Below are positions 21,671 through 32,842 of a DNA stretch of 38,255 nucleotides, in pieces; position 1 is the first letter of the stretch, and each line of letters begins with the position of its first letter. The position numbers and the translations under genes were made by a program. Source of the stretch: Candidatus Aminicenantes bacterium (GTDB lineage: Bacteria; Acidobacteriota; Aminicenantia; Aminicenantales; Saccharicenantaceae); assembly GCA_046496285.1 (NCBI GenBank), contig JAWOHF010000310.1, positions 1 to 38,255 on the forward strand. The letters run 5' to 3'. Below the pieces are notes generated by a model, which did no database searches, had not been told where the DNA came from, and saw only the letters and a list, made by a program, of their open reading frames with translations.

Positions 21671-23413
21671 TCAGAAGGATCGCCGGCGCCGGCTTTCCCT
21701 GATGGCGTTGTACTCCCCGAGCATCACGTCCATCTCCTCGGGCCCGAGCGACATCCCCTCGGCGGTCTTCTCCCTGAGGAACCTCGGCGGCAACCTGTCG
21801 TCTTCCGCGCCCAGGCCCTCCCGGAGATTGAAGCGGCGGCTGTCGAGGGTGATCTCGTTGGCCAGGACTTCGAGCTCGTCCTTGGTGAAGCTTCGGCCGG
21901 TGGCGGCAGCGACGATGTCGGCCAGTTCGTCCCACAGGATGAGGTCCCGGAAGAACCGGCAGAGGATCAGGGAGTCGAAGAGGGCGGCCCGGTCCTCGTA
22001 GTCGATGACCTGGGCGGCTTTGCCGGCGACGGCCGCCTTGTCCACGAGCCCCGAAAGCTCGGCTTTGTAGAAGGTCCCCCTCAAGTGGCAGGCCCCGCGG
22101 GCCGCCGTGGCGTAGGCCAGCCCCATCCCCTTGAGGACACGCGGCTCGAAACCGGCCGGCTCGAGCCCTTTGACGTGGATGGCCAGGTCCTCGAGGCCGA
22201 GCTCGGCCGAGGCCCGCTTGATGCCCTGCCCCAGGATCGCGCCCACGCCCCGGCGCTCGGCGATGAGGGTGAAAAGCTCGGCCATCCGGTCGGGCTGGTT
22301 GTAATCAATGTCCCAATCGAGCCGGCCCCGGGCCCGGGCTTCGACGGCGAACGCGGCCATGTTCCCGGCGCTCATCGTGTCCAGGCCGAGCTTGTCGCAG
22401 AGGTCGTTGAGCCAGGCGACCTCCTCCAGGCTGTCGACCTCGTTCAGCCCGCCCAGGGCGTAGATGGTCTCGTATTCGGGGCCCTCGAGCTCCAGGCCGG
22501 CATGGCGGCCGTGCCGGACCCGGCAGAACTTCGTGCACTGGAGGAAGCAGTTCGGGCAGGGGCGGGAAACGACGTCGAGGTTTTCGATCATGTAATCCGC
22601 CGAGATGCGCTCCCAGCGCGCGAAGTGCCCGGACCGCCAGTAGCGGGTCGGGAAGCAGTTCTGAGCGTTGGTCAGGGCCACCTGCATGGGTGTCCCGTAC
22701 TTCCTGTAAAGGGCGGAAACGGGGTTCTCATTCCCCTTGCGGGCGATAGCGGAGATGACGCGGCGCATCCCGTCGGGATCGGAGACCGCCGGCCGCCGGG
22801 CGCCGCAGAAAGAGATCCCTTTGACGTTCTTGGAGCCGAGAACGGCTCCCAGGCCGCAGCGGCCCAGGCTCCGCCAGCGGTCGGACTTGACGCAGGCGAA
22901 ACGCACCCCGTTCTCGCCCGCCGGCCCGATGGTCATGGCCCCGGCGCCCGGAGGCGACAGGGCCAGCAGGGCGTCCTCGGCCCGCTCCGTGGTCCAGCCC
23001 TTGAACGGCTCGGCGCCGTGGAAGGTAACGCCCTGTTCGTCGACGGCGAGGAAGCTCAGGGCCGGCCGCCGGCCCTCGAGAATGACGGCGTCGACGCCGC
23101 AGCCCTTGATCTTCGGCGCCAGGGTGCCCCCGCAGTAGGATTCGGCGAAACCGCCGGTAGCCGGGCTCTTGGAGAAGGCCGCGAAGCGGGATTGCCCCCA
23201 CATCGAGGTCCCGGTGACCGGGCCGGTCGTCAGGATGAAGCGGTTGCCGGGGGACAGGGCGTCGACGCCGGGGGGGTTCTCGGCCAGTAGCAGGGCCGTG
23301 CCCAGGCCCTTGCCTCCCAGGGTCCGGGCCAGGAGGTCATCGGAGAGGGGTTCCGTACGCCAAGTCCCCCGGTCGAGGTCGACCCGAAGGCACTTGTTCC
23401 AGAAACCTTTCAT
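21671..23413 (-). CDS. aor: Aldehyde:ferredoxin oxidoreductase family (tungstopterin) enzyme
   Basis: ORF 21671..23560 trimmed to ATG 23413; the longer version overlaps the fumarase gene. MKGFWNKCLRVDLDRGTW..EPL, GGKGLG, and the [4Fe-4S] motif C-x2-C-x3-C (CPNCFLQC). About 580 aa, colinear with AOR. Confidence 0.9.
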   Translation of the reverse strand: MKGFWNKCLRVDLDRGTWRTEPLSDDLLARTLGGKGLGTALLLAENPPGVDALSPGNRFILTTGPVTGTSMWGQSRFAAFSKSPATGGFAESYCGGTLAPKIKGCGVDAVILEGRRPALSFLAVDEQGVTFHGAEPFKGWTTERAEDALLALSPPGAGAMTIGPAGENGVRFACVKSDRWRSLGRCGLGAVLGSKNVKGISFCGARRPAVSDPDGMRRVISAIARKGNENPVSALYRKYGTPMQVALTNAQNCFPTRYWRSGHFARWERISADYMIENLDVVSRPCPNCFLQCTKFCRVRHGRHAGLELEGPEYETIYALGGLNEVDSLEEVAWLNDLCDKLGLDTMSAGNMAAFAVEARARGRLDWDIDYNQPDRMAELFTLIAERRGVGAILGQGIKRASAELGLEDLAIHVKGLEPAGFEPRVLKGMGLAYATAARGACHLRGTFYKAELSGLVDKAAVAGKAAQVIDYEDRAALFDSLILCRFFRDLILWDELADIVAAATGRSFTKDELEVLANEITLDSRRFNLREGLGAEDDRLPPRFLREKTAEGMSLGPEEMDVMLGEYNAIRESRRRRSF

Positions 23414-23421
23414 GTCCCGCG

Positions 23422-25032
<1,611 letters not shown>

Positions 25033-25068
25033 TTTATCCCTCCGCAGGTCCGGCGTTCGGCCGCCGGC

Positions 25069-25620
25069 TTATTGGGCCTGGACCTTGCCCAGGCCGTATT
25101 CGTAGCCCTTCTCGAAGGCCGCGAGGTTCAGGCCCTCCGTCCCCTTGGGCACCGAGGTCTCGACGGCCTTGCGCATGGCCTCCTTGGAAACCAGACCGCT
25201 GACGGCCGTGAAGAACCCGGCCATGACCATGTTGAGGACGACCTTGCGGCCCAGCTCCTCGGCGATGCGGGTGGCCGGGACGCCGAAGACCTTGACCGTC
25301 GGCGGCAGGCCCTCGGGGTTGACGAGCTCCTCCTCGATGAGGATCATGCCGTTCGGGTCGAGCTGGGGCGAGAACTTCGTGAACGCCTCCTGGCTCATGA
25401 TGACCATGACCTGGGGCCGCTTGACGTAGGGGTAGAGGATGGCTCCGTCGGAGACGATGACCTGGGCGCTGCAGGCGCTGCCCCGGGCCTCAGGCCCGAA
25501 GGCCTGGGTCATCGTGGCGTCCTTGCCGTCGAAGATGGAGGCGGCCTTGCCGATGATGTAGCCGGTCAGGATGACCCCCTGGCCGCCGAACCCGCCGATC
25601 TTGATTTCCGTCTTGGCCAT
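25069..25620 (-). CDS. korC: 2-oxoacid:ferredoxin oxidoreductase, gamma subunit
   Basis: 183 aa. IGGFGGQGVILTG.IIGKAA and FGPE.RGSA are typical of POR/KOR gamma subunits. Confidence 0.88.
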   Translation of the reverse strand: MAKTEIKIGGFGGQGVILTGYIIGKAASIFDGKDATMTQAFGPEARGSACSAQVIVSDGAILYPYVKRPQVMVIMSQEAFTKFSPQLDPNGMILIEEELVNPEGLPPTVKVFGVPATRIAEELGRKVVLNMVMAGFFTAVSGLVSKEAMRKAVETSVPKGTEGLNLAAFEKGYEYGLGKVQAQ

Positions 25621-25621
25621 G

Positions 25622-26521
25622 TTATCCCTCGTAGACCTTGTACTTCGCGCCCAGCCGCTCCTGGTAATGGTCGTTCATCGCCTGGAGGTAGGTCGGCCGC
25701 TCGACGTCGACGAACTTGCCGACGAGCATCCTGTCGCGCAGGCGGATGTCGGCATCCTTGGTGCTGGCCCCGTTCTGGATATCGCTGTTCTCGCAGTACC
25801 AGCGCAGCCTGTCGAGCCCGTCCCCCATCTTCTGCTGGCGCTCGAAGATCGTCGGGCAGGGGGCGATGATCTCGACGAACGAGAACCCCGGCTTCTGGAT
25901 GGCCTCGACCATGGAGTTGGTCTGGTTGTAGACGTGGAGGGAGGTCCACCGGGCGACATAGACCGCGCCGACCGATTCGGCCAGGAAGGGCAGATTGAAA
26001 GGGAATTCGTAGCTGCCGAAGGGCGCGGTGGACAGGACGGACCCTTCTGGGGTCGTCGAGGCCATCTGGCCGCCGGTCATGGCGTAGTTGAAGTTGTTGA
26101 CGCAGATGACCGTGATGTCGATGTTCCGCCGGGCGGCGTTGATGAAATGGTTGCCGCCGATGGCGATGATGTCGCCGTCCCCGCTGAAGACGATGACCTT
26201 GAGCTTGGGGTTGGCCAGCTTCAGGCCGGTGGCGAAGGGGATGGCCCGGCCGTGGGTCGTGTGGAAAGAGTCGACCTTGACGTAGCCGGCGACGCGCCCC
26301 GTGCAGCCGATGCCCGAGACGACCACGACCTGATCGAGCGGGATCTGGCATTTCTCCAGGGCCTTGGCGAAGCAGTTGACGCTGACGCCGATGCCGCACG
26401 TGGAGCACCAGATGTGGGGCATGCGGTCCATGCGCAGGAAATCGTCCATCGGATGGCTTCCCGGATGGAAATCAGGGCTTGGGCTCAATGACGCTTTTTG
26501 GAGTTCGTTCAGGACAGACAC
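25622..26521 (-). CDS. korB: 2-oxoacid:ferredoxin oxidoreductase, beta (TPP-binding) subunit
   Basis: 299 aa. WCSTCGIG cluster motif, SGIGCTGR, and the TPP motif GDGDIIAIGGNHFINAARRN. The GTG start overlaps the korA 3' end by 13 nt; an internal ATG (M25) is an alternative start. Confidence 0.9.
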   Translation of the reverse strand: MSVLNELQKASLSPSPDFHPGSHPMDDFLRMDRMPHIWCSTCGIGVSVNCFAKALEKCQIPLDQVVVVSGIGCTGRVAGYVKVDSFHTTHGRAIPFATGLKLANPKLKVIVFSGDGDIIAIGGNHFINAARRNIDITVICVNNFNYAMTGGQMASTTPEGSVLSTAPFGSYEFPFNLPFLAESVGAVYVARWTSLHVYNQTNSMVEAIQKPGFSFVEIIAPCPTIFERQQKMGDGLDRLRWYCENSDIQNGASTKDADIRLRDRMLVGKFVDVERPTYLQAMNDHYQERLGAKYKVYEG

Positions 26522-27678
26522 CGGTAGGCCTCCTCGATCTTTTTGACGATATCCCCGATCTCGTGGACCGTTCCGCCGCCGTGGCCGGCCAGGACGACCG
26601 GGGCCTTGCCGCGGGCCGCGCGCTCCACCTCGTAGAAGATCTGGCCGTAGTTCATCTCAGCCATGACCAGGGCCTTGCCCTGGCAGGCCAGCTCAAAGAT
26701 GCGGGGCTCCGGGAAAGGCCAGACGACGATGAGCCGGAGCATGCCGACCTTGATGCCCTTGGCCCGGGCCGCCTCGACGGCCTCGACGGCGACCCGGGAG
26801 GTGATGCCGTAGGTGACGAGGACGACGTCGGCGTCCTCGACGCCGGTCTCTTCGAAGCGCCAGATCTTGGGAGCGTTGAGCCGGATCTTGTCGACCAGGC
26901 GGCGGACGAGCTGTTCCTGGACCTCGGGGTTCATGGCCGGATAACCCTTGAAATCGTGGGTCAGCCCGGTCACGTGCAGCCGATATCCGTCCCCGGCCTT
27001 GAACATTTCCGGGATCATGTCCGGGCCCGGCTTGAAGGGCAGGTACTCTCCCGGCGGCAGCGTCGTGTAGCGCCGCGGCGTGATCTCGATCTGGTCGGCC
27101 GGAGGGATGACGACCCGCTCCATCATGTGCCCGACGCACTCGTCCATCATGAACATGACCGGCACGCGGTACTGCTCCGAGAGGTTGAAGGCGTCGATGG
27201 TCAGGTCGAAGCACTCCTGGGGGGAGTTGGGCGAGATGGCGATGATCTCGTAATCGCCGTGGGACCCCCAGCGGGCCTGCATCATGTCGGCTTGGCCGGG
27301 CAGGGTGGGCAGGCCCGTCGACGGGCCGCCGCGCTGGACGTCGACGAAAACGCAGGGGACCTCGGTCATGGCCGCCAGGCCGATGTGCTCCATCATCAGG
27401 GAGAAGCCCGGGCCGCTGGTGACGGTCATGGCCTTCTTGCCGGCCCATACGGCGCCCTGGATGACGATCGACGCCGCCAGCTCGTCCTCCATCTGGATGA
27501 AGAGCGCGCCCTCGACCATCGGGGCCCGGCGGGCGAAGCGCTCCACGACCTCGGTCGAGGGCGTGATGGGGTAGCCGCCGACGAACCGGCACCCGGCCGC
27601 CAAGGCGCCCTCGCAACAGGCGTGGTCCCCGTCGATGTAATGGGGCCCGGTCAGGACTCCTTTGGGATCGGCTTTCAT
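26509..27678 (-). CDS. korA: 2-oxoacid:ferredoxin oxidoreductase, alpha subunit
   Basis: ORF 26509..27852 trimmed to ATG 27678, which overlaps the korD stop (ATGA). 389 aa. GDHACCEGALAAGCRF.GGYPITPSTE is the typical alpha-subunit N-terminus. Confidence 0.9.
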   Translation of the reverse strand: MKADPKGVLTGPHYIDGDHACCEGALAAGCRFVGGYPITPSTEVVERFARRAPMVEGALFIQMEDELAASIVIQGAVWAGKKAMTVTSGPGFSLMMEHIGLAAMTEVPCVFVDVQRGGPSTGLPTLPGQADMMQARWGSHGDYEIIAISPNSPQECFDLTIDAFNLSEQYRVPVMFMMDECVGHMMERVVIPPADQIEITPRRYTTLPPGEYLPFKPGPDMIPEMFKAGDGYRLHVTGLTHDFKGYPAMNPEVQEQLVRRLVDKIRLNAPKIWRFEETGVEDADVVLVTYGITSRVAVEAVEAARAKGIKVGMLRLIVVWPFPEPRIFELACQGKALVMAEMNYGQIFYEVERAARGKAPVVLAGHGGGTVHEIGDIVKKIEEAYRCLS

Positions 27679-27953
27679 GGCTTTTCTCCCGTATTGGGCT
27701 CGTAGGTATAGATGGCGAACTCGGGACAGATCATCCGGCAGAAGCCGCAGTTGACGCAGAGCTCGGGTTTTACGATCTCCGGCGGGTGGTAGCCCTTGAG
27801 GTTGTACTTCTTGGAAATGATCAGGACCTGGTGCGGGCAGTACTCGACGCAAAAGCCGCAGCCCTTGCAGCGCTCCTCCAGGATGACGATCTCGCCGTGA
27901 GGGGTCTCCGGCTTGGGAAAGCCGAACGGTTTTTCTCTTTGCCTTACCGGCAT
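27675..27953 (-). CDS. korD: 2-oxoacid:ferredoxin oxidoreductase, delta (2x[4Fe-4S] ferredoxin) subunit
   Basis: ORF 27675..28517 trimmed to ATG 27953. 92 aa with two C-x2-C-x2-C-x3-CP motifs (CKGCGFCVEYCP, CVNCGFCRMICP). Its position ahead of korA is typical of four-subunit enzymes. Confidence 0.85.
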   Translation of the reverse strand: MPVRQREKPFGFPKPETPHGEIVILEERCKGCGFCVEYCPHQVLIISKKYNLKGYHPPEIVKPELCVNCGFCRMICPEFAIYTYEPNTGEKP

Positions 27954-27973
27954 GGCTGAACCTCGTTCATGGA

Positions 27974-29647
27974 TTACCGAAGCGTCCCGTGATACTTCGT
28001 CGTCAGCTGCTTTTTCCGGACCTCGGGGTTGGAATAGTCCGGCAGGAGCATCGGCGCAACGCGGCCGTCCACGGGAACGCCGGCACTGTCGAGCGCCTTG
28101 TGATAGGCCCGGACGTGGTCCAGGGACAGGGACCCGTCCTTGAACGCCGACTTGGCGTATTCGGCCGCTCTGCATCCGGCGATCCGGCCGAAGACGACGA
28201 CGTCGAGCAGGGAGTTGCCCATCAGGCGGTTCTCCCCGTGGATGCCTCCGCTGGCCTCGCCGGCGACGAACAGGCCGGGCACGACCGTTTCGGTCCGCTG
28301 GTTGATCTGCAGGCCCCCGTTCTGGTAGTGGAGGGTCGGATAGACGAGCATGGGCTCCTTGGTGATGTCGATCCCGTAGCGGTGGAACAGGATCCACTTG
28401 CCGGGGAACTCCTTGCGGACCGTCCCTTCGCCCTTGAGGACGTCGATCATCGGCGAGTCGAGCCAGACGCCGAACTTGCCGGTCGGGGTGGGCACTCCCT
28501 TGCCTCTTTCCAGGCATTCCCGGATGAAGGCCGAAGCTTCGACGTCCCGGGGCTCGCGCTCGTAGACGAACTGCTCGCCGTCGATGTTGAGGACGTTGGC
28601 CCCCGCCCCGCGGACCTTCTCGGTGATCAGCAGGCCTTCGGCCTGCTCGGGGAAGACGGCCCCCGTCGGATGGTACTGGACCGTGTGCAGGAACCTCAGG
28701 GGCACCCCGGCCCAGTAGCCCATGATCAGCCCGTCACCCGTGGCCCCGTAGTGGTTGGTGGTCATGAAGTCCTGGATGTGGAGCCGGCCCGAGCCCCCGG
28801 TGGCCATGACCACGGCCTTGGCCTTGACCAGGAAATACTCCTCGGTCTCGAGGTTGTAGAGGACCGCTCCGGCGCAGGCCCCGTGGGCGTTGAGGATAAG
28901 CTCGACGGCCGGCGAGAACTCGAGGACCTGGATGTCGTCGGGATGGTTCTTGACCTCGTCGCGCAGGGTCCGCATGATCTCCGCGCCGGTGATGTCGCCC
29001 GCGTAGTGCATGCGCTTGCGGGAAGTGCCGCCGCCGTGCATGGCCTTGAGCCGGCCGTCATCGTACTTGGAGAACATCGCCCCCTGCTTCTCGAGCCAGG
29101 CCATGACCTTGGGGGCCTCGACGACCAGGGTCTCGACGAGCTCGGGGTCGTTCTTGAAATGCCCCCCGCCCATGGCGTCCAGGTAGTGGAAGTAGGGCGA
29201 GTCCTTGTCGGTCTTGATCGCCGCCTGGATGCCCCCTTCGGCCATCATCGTATTGGCGTCGCCCAGGCGGAGCTTTGTGGCGATGAGGACCTTGGCGCCG
29301 TTCTCTCGGGCCAGGAGAGCCGCCGAAGCCCCCGCCCCGCCGCCCCCGATGACCAGGATGTCGGTCTCGTAATCGACGCGGGTGAGGTCCACGGCCTCGG
29401 GATCGAGGCGGCTCTTGGCGTGGATCAGGCTGACCATCTCCTTGGCGATCCGGTAGCCCTTGTCGGGCCCGACCAGGATCTCGCTCCGGCCGTCCTCCTT
29501 GAAATCGGGGTGGTACTTGAGGATGGCCTTGCGCTCCTCGAGGGACATAGGCGGGAACTCCTCCCCCTTTCGCTTCTTCTCGACGCGGGCCGGGCGGGTC
29601 TTCTCGACCTTCTTGATGAGTTCCTTCAATTCAGGGGTGTAGGGCAT
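27974..29647 (-). CDS. Fumarate reductase/succinate dehydrogenase-like flavoprotein (FAD_binding_2 family, soluble-type signatures, non-covalent FAD)
   Basis: 557 aa. The dinucleotide fold DILVIGGGGAGASAAL begins only at about residue 96. DANTMMAEGGIQAA has Asn where SdhA/FrdA carry the FAD-linking His (RSHTVAAEGG). Also TEKVRGAGANVLN (catalytic Arg region), VQYHPTG, and GLFVAGEASGGIHGENRLMGNSLLD. The C-terminal tail is shorter than in SdhA. Confidence 0.85.
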   Translation of the reverse strand: MPYTPELKELIKKVEKTRPARVEKKRKGEEFPPMSLEERKAILKYHPDFKEDGRSEILVGPDKGYRIAKEMVSLIHAKSRLDPEAVDLTRVDYETDILVIGGGGAGASAALLARENGAKVLIATKLRLGDANTMMAEGGIQAAIKTDKDSPYFHYLDAMGGGHFKNDPELVETLVVEAPKVMAWLEKQGAMFSKYDDGRLKAMHGGGTSRKRMHYAGDITGAEIMRTLRDEVKNHPDDIQVLEFSPAVELILNAHGACAGAVLYNLETEEYFLVKAKAVVMATGGSGRLHIQDFMTTNHYGATGDGLIMGYWAGVPLRFLHTVQYHPTGAVFPEQAEGLLITEKVRGAGANVLNIDGEQFVYEREPRDVEASAFIRECLERGKGVPTPTGKFGVWLDSPMIDVLKGEGTVRKEFPGKWILFHRYGIDITKEPMLVYPTLHYQNGGLQINQRTETVVPGLFVAGEASGGIHGENRLMGNSLLDVVVFGRIAGCRAAEYAKSAFKDGSLSLDHVRAYHKALDSAGVPVDGRVAPMLLPDYSNPEVRKKQLTTKYHGTLR

Positions 29648-29650
29648 GGT

Positions 29651-30430
29651 TCATTCTCCCAGAAAGGACTTGTCGGTCGGTGCCCAGGATTCGTCGGCCA
29701 TGTCGGGCTCGATCTCCAGGCTCTTATAGATCTTCTTGAGGGTCTCCAGGTCCTTCTTCTTGAGCTCCTGGAGAGCCTTGTCGTACTTCTTTCCCTCCAC
29801 ATTCTTGACGGCCTCGGCCAGGTGCTTGGCCTTGGGGGCCAGGTGGCGGGCGTAGAGCCGGCGGGCCAGGATGCCGATGTTGTACTGGACCTCCTCGGCC
29901 GGGCAGCGGGCCGCGCACAGTCCGCACATGACGCAGTCGAAGGAGCTCTGGGCCACGGCCGTGAGATCGCCCTGGATGGCCTTGGAGATGTAGCCCATGA
30001 CGTCGATGTCCATGGGGCAGCTCCGCGTACAGGTCCCGCAGCCGACGCACTTGAAGACCTCGGGGTAGAGGGCGGCGATCGTCCCCCCGACCGCGGGCAG
30101 CGTCTCGATGTCGTAGACGGCCTTGTTGCCGGGGAAGAAGGGCAGCTGGGCGATGTACATGTCGGGCTGGACCACGGTCTGGCAGGCCAGGCCGACCTCG
30201 ATCCGGTAGGAGCCTGGGAAGCGGTAGACCGTGCCGCAGGCGCCGCAGATGCCGCCCCGGCAGCCGCAGCCGCGGACGAGCTGGTAGCCGGCGTACTCGA
30301 GCGCCTTCTGGATCGTCAGCGAGGCCGGGACTTCGTAACGCTTCCCCATGACGAAGATGGGGACGAGGCTCGCCTCGGTGTCCTTCGCCTTGGCGACGGC
30401 CTTCTTCGGTTTGGATGCCGTTTTACTCAT
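29651..30430 (-). CDS. SdhB/FrdB-like iron-sulfur subunit ([2Fe-2S]-like plus two [4Fe-4S]-type motifs)
   Basis: 259 aa. An N-terminal ferredoxin-like domain with CGCRGGICGACG, then CVGCGTCTRSCP and CVMCGLCAARCP. Lys-rich N- and C-termini. It starts 8 nt inside the mvhD 3' end and ends 3 nt before the flavoprotein ATG. Confidence 0.8.
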   Translation of the reverse strand: MSKTASKPKKAVAKAKDTEASLVPIFVMGKRYEVPASLTIQKALEYAGYQLVRGCGCRGGICGACGTVYRFPGSYRIEVGLACQTVVQPDMYIAQLPFFPGNKAVYDIETLPAVGGTIAALYPEVFKCVGCGTCTRSCPMDIDVMGYISKAIQGDLTAVAQSSFDCVMCGLCAARCPAEEVQYNIGILARRLYARHLAPKAKHLAEAVKNVEGKKYDKALQELKKKDLETLKKIYKSLEIEPDMADESWAPTDKSFLGE

Positions 30431-30866
30431 CTTTGACCACCTCTCGGACTAAAGCTTTATCGTTCAGGTCGAGGGGCCCCATGGCCCGGATCTGCTCGGT
30501 GAACTCATCCATGGTCTCGGCGTATCTTCGGCCTTCCGCGGCCGAGATCCATTCCAGCCGCAGTCGTCCCGGTTCGATCCCCAGGTCGCCCAGCATCTTC
30601 TTGAAGAGGGCCACCCGGCGCAGGGTCTTGTAGTTGCCCTCGACGTAGTGGCAGTCGCCGGGGTGGCAGCCGCCGATGAAAACCCCGTCGGCCCCCTCCT
30701 TGAACGCGTAGAGGATGTGTTGGGGGTCGACCCGGCTGGAGCACATCACCCGCATGTTGATGGTGTTGGCGACGTGTTGGATGCGCGAGGTGCCGGCCAG
30801 GTCGGCCGCCGAACTGGTGCACCACTTGCACAGGAAGCACATGATTTGCGGTTCGAACATCATCAT
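30423..30866 (-). CDS. mvhD: MvhD-like (methyl-viologen-reducing hydrogenase delta subunit family) [2Fe-2S] protein
   Basis: 147 aa. FLCKWC, RVMCSSRVDP, and GADGVFIGGCHPGDCHY are the characteristic MvhD/FlpD motifs. The ATG overlaps the hdrA stop (ATGA). Confidence 0.88.
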   Translation of the reverse strand: MMMFEPQIMCFLCKWCTSSAADLAGTSRIQHVANTINMRVMCSSRVDPQHILYAFKEGADGVFIGGCHPGDCHYVEGNYKTLRRVALFKKMLGDLGIEPGRLRLEWISAAEGRRYAETMDEFTEQIRAMGPLDLNDKALVREVVKDE

Positions 30867-32842
30867 TCCCTCAGCATGGCTCTAAGCATGGAAAATATCT
30901 GATCGTCGGTCTGGTTGCGCTGCTGGGCGGCGCCCGTCGGACAGGCGGCGGCGCAGGCCCCGCAGCCCTCGCAGAGGATCTCGTTGACGACGACAACGCC
31001 CCGGTCCGGGTCGAGGGTCCGGGCCCCATACGGACACATCGTGATGCAGATGCCGCAGCCCGAGCAGAGCTCGTCGTTGACCGGGACGACCGTGGGTTCG
31101 TGGCTGAGCTCTTTCTGGGCGAACAGGTCGCCGACCTTGGCCGCCGCGGCCGAGGCCTGGGAGACGGCCTCCGGGATGTCCTTGGGGCCGTGGGCGCAGC
31201 CGGCCAGGAAGAACCCGGCGTTCAGGCTCTCGACCGGCCGCAGCTTGGGGTGGGCCTCGGCCACGAAGCCGTGGATGTCGGTCGAGATCTTGAGCTTCTT
31301 CAGGAGGTCTTGGACGCCTTCGGTCTTGACCATGGCCATGGCCAGGACGACCATGTCGGCCTCGATCTCGACCTTCTTGCCGGTCAAGGTGTCCACGCCC
31401 CAGACGATGAGCTTGTCGCCCTCCTTGAAGATCTTGGAGACCTTGCCCCGGATATAGAGGACCTTGTCGTCCTCGACGGTCCTCTGATAGAACTCGTCGA
31501 AGGCCTTGCCGCCCGTCCGGACGTCGATGTAGAAGACCGTGGCCTGACCGTCATGGACGCGGTGCTTGTAGAGCATGGCATGCTTGGCCGTGTACATGCA
31601 GCAGATCTTGGAGCAGTACGGCAGGTGCTTCTCCGTGTCCCGGGAGCCGCAGCACTGGACGAAGACGATCGATTTCGGGACCTTGCCGTCCGACGGACGC
31701 CGGACGACGCCGCCCGTCGGACCCGAGGCCGACAGGATACGCTCGAACTCCAGGCCGTTGACGACGTCCTCGTACTTCTCCCCGCCGAACTCGCCCAGGG
31801 CCTGCATCGTATACAGGTCGTAGCCGGTGGCCACGACGATGGCCCCGACCTTCTCCTCGATGAACGTCTCTTTCATGTCGTAGTCGATGGCCTTCTTCTC
31901 GCAGACGTCCTTGCACTTGCCGCAGCGCACCGGCGACAGGCCGAGGCAGTGCTCCTCGTCCAGGGTGTAGGTGCCCGGGATAGCCTGGGGGAAGGGCATA
32001 TAGACGGCCTTGCGGAAGGACAGGCCCATGTTGAACTCGTCGGGGACGATCTGGGGACAGACCTTCTCGCACTCGCCGCAAAGGTTGCACAGCTTCTCGT
32101 CCACGAAGCGGGGCTTCTTCTTGATGCGGACCTTGAAGTTGCCGATGAACCCCGACACGGAATCGACCTCGTGATAGGTCAGGAGCTTGATGCGCGGATG
32201 GCGGGAGACCTCGACCATCTTGGGGGTCAGGATGCACTGGGAGCAATCCAGGGTCGGGAAGGTCTCCGACAGCTGGATCATCTTGCCGCCGATCGACGGG
32301 TTCTTCTCGACCAGGATGACCTCGTATCCGTGGTCGGCGATGTCCAGGGCGGCCTGCAGGCCGCTGACGCCGCCGCCGATGACCAGGGCCCGTTTGTTGA
32401 CGTCGACCTTGATGGGCTCCAGGTTCTCGTTCCGGATGGCCTTGGCGACGTGGGCCTTGACGATCTTGATGGCCTTCTTGGTGGCCTTGTCCTTGTCCGA
32501 GTGGACCCAGCTGTTCTGTTCGCGGATGTTGGCGATCTCGATCTGGTAGGGGTTCAGGCCGGCCAGGCGGGCCGCTTCCTGGAAGGTCTTCTCGTGGAGG
32601 GTCGGCGAGCAGGCGGCGACGATGATGCCGTCGAGGTGCTTCTCCTTGATGGTGTCGATGATCATCTGCTGGCCGGGGTCCGAGCACATGTAGACGTAAT
32701 CCGTGGACATGCTGACACCGGGGGTGTCCTTCAAGGCCTCGGCCACCTTCTTGACGTCGACGACGCCGGCGATGTTCACCCCGCAGTGGCAGACGAACAG
32801 GCCGATGCGCTTGTCCTCTTTCTTCTTGGTCATGACGGTCAT
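30863..32842 (-). CDS. hdrA: Heterodisulfide reductase subunit A-like flavoprotein
   Basis: 659 aa. N-terminal FVCHCGVNI, FAD fold ALVIGGGVSGLQAAL, inserted ferredoxin motif CNLCGECEKVCP, the HdrA signature VQCCGSRD...YCSKICCMY, and a C-terminal 2x[4Fe-4S] region (CSGCGICITMCP, CEGCGACAAACP). Confidence 0.92.
   Translation of the reverse strand: MTVMTKKKEDKRIGLFVCHCGVNIAGVVDVKKVAEALKDTPGVSMSTDYVYMCSDPGQQMIIDTIKEKHLDGIIVAACSPTLHEKTFQEAARLAGLNPYQIEIANIREQNSWVHSDKDKATKKAIKIVKAHVAKAIRNENLEPIKVDVNKRALVIGGGVSGLQAALDIADHGYEVILVEKNPSIGGKMIQLSETFPTLDCSQCILTPKMVEVSRHPRIKLLTYHEVDSVSGFIGNFKVRIKKKPRFVDEKLCNLCGECEKVCPQIVPDEFNMGLSFRKAVYMPFPQAIPGTYTLDEEHCLGLSPVRCGKCKDVCEKKAIDYDMKETFIEEKVGAIVVATGYDLYTMQALGEFGGEKYEDVVNGLEFERILSASGPTGGVVRRPSDGKVPKSIVFVQCCGSRDTEKHLPYCSKICCMYTAKHAMLYKHRVHDGQATVFYIDVRTGGKAFDEFYQRTVEDDKVLYIRGKVSKIFKEGDKLIVWGVDTLTGKKVEIEADMVVLAMAMVKTEGVQDLLKKLKISTDIHGFVAEAHPKLRPVESLNAGFFLAGCAHGPKDIPEAVSQASAAAAKVGDLFAQKELSHEPTVVPVNDELCSGCGICITMCPYGARTLDPDRGVVVVNEILCEGCGACAAACPTGAAQQRNQTDDQIFSMLRAMLRE

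Noticed and set aside
21631-21687. Possible bidirectional terminator hairpin between the cNMP-domain gene and aor (GCCGGCGA ... TCGCCGGC)
   Set aside because: It has only an 8-bp stem with a ~41-nt loop spanning both stop codons, and no flanking T/A tracts. GC-rich inverted octamers are expected by chance here.
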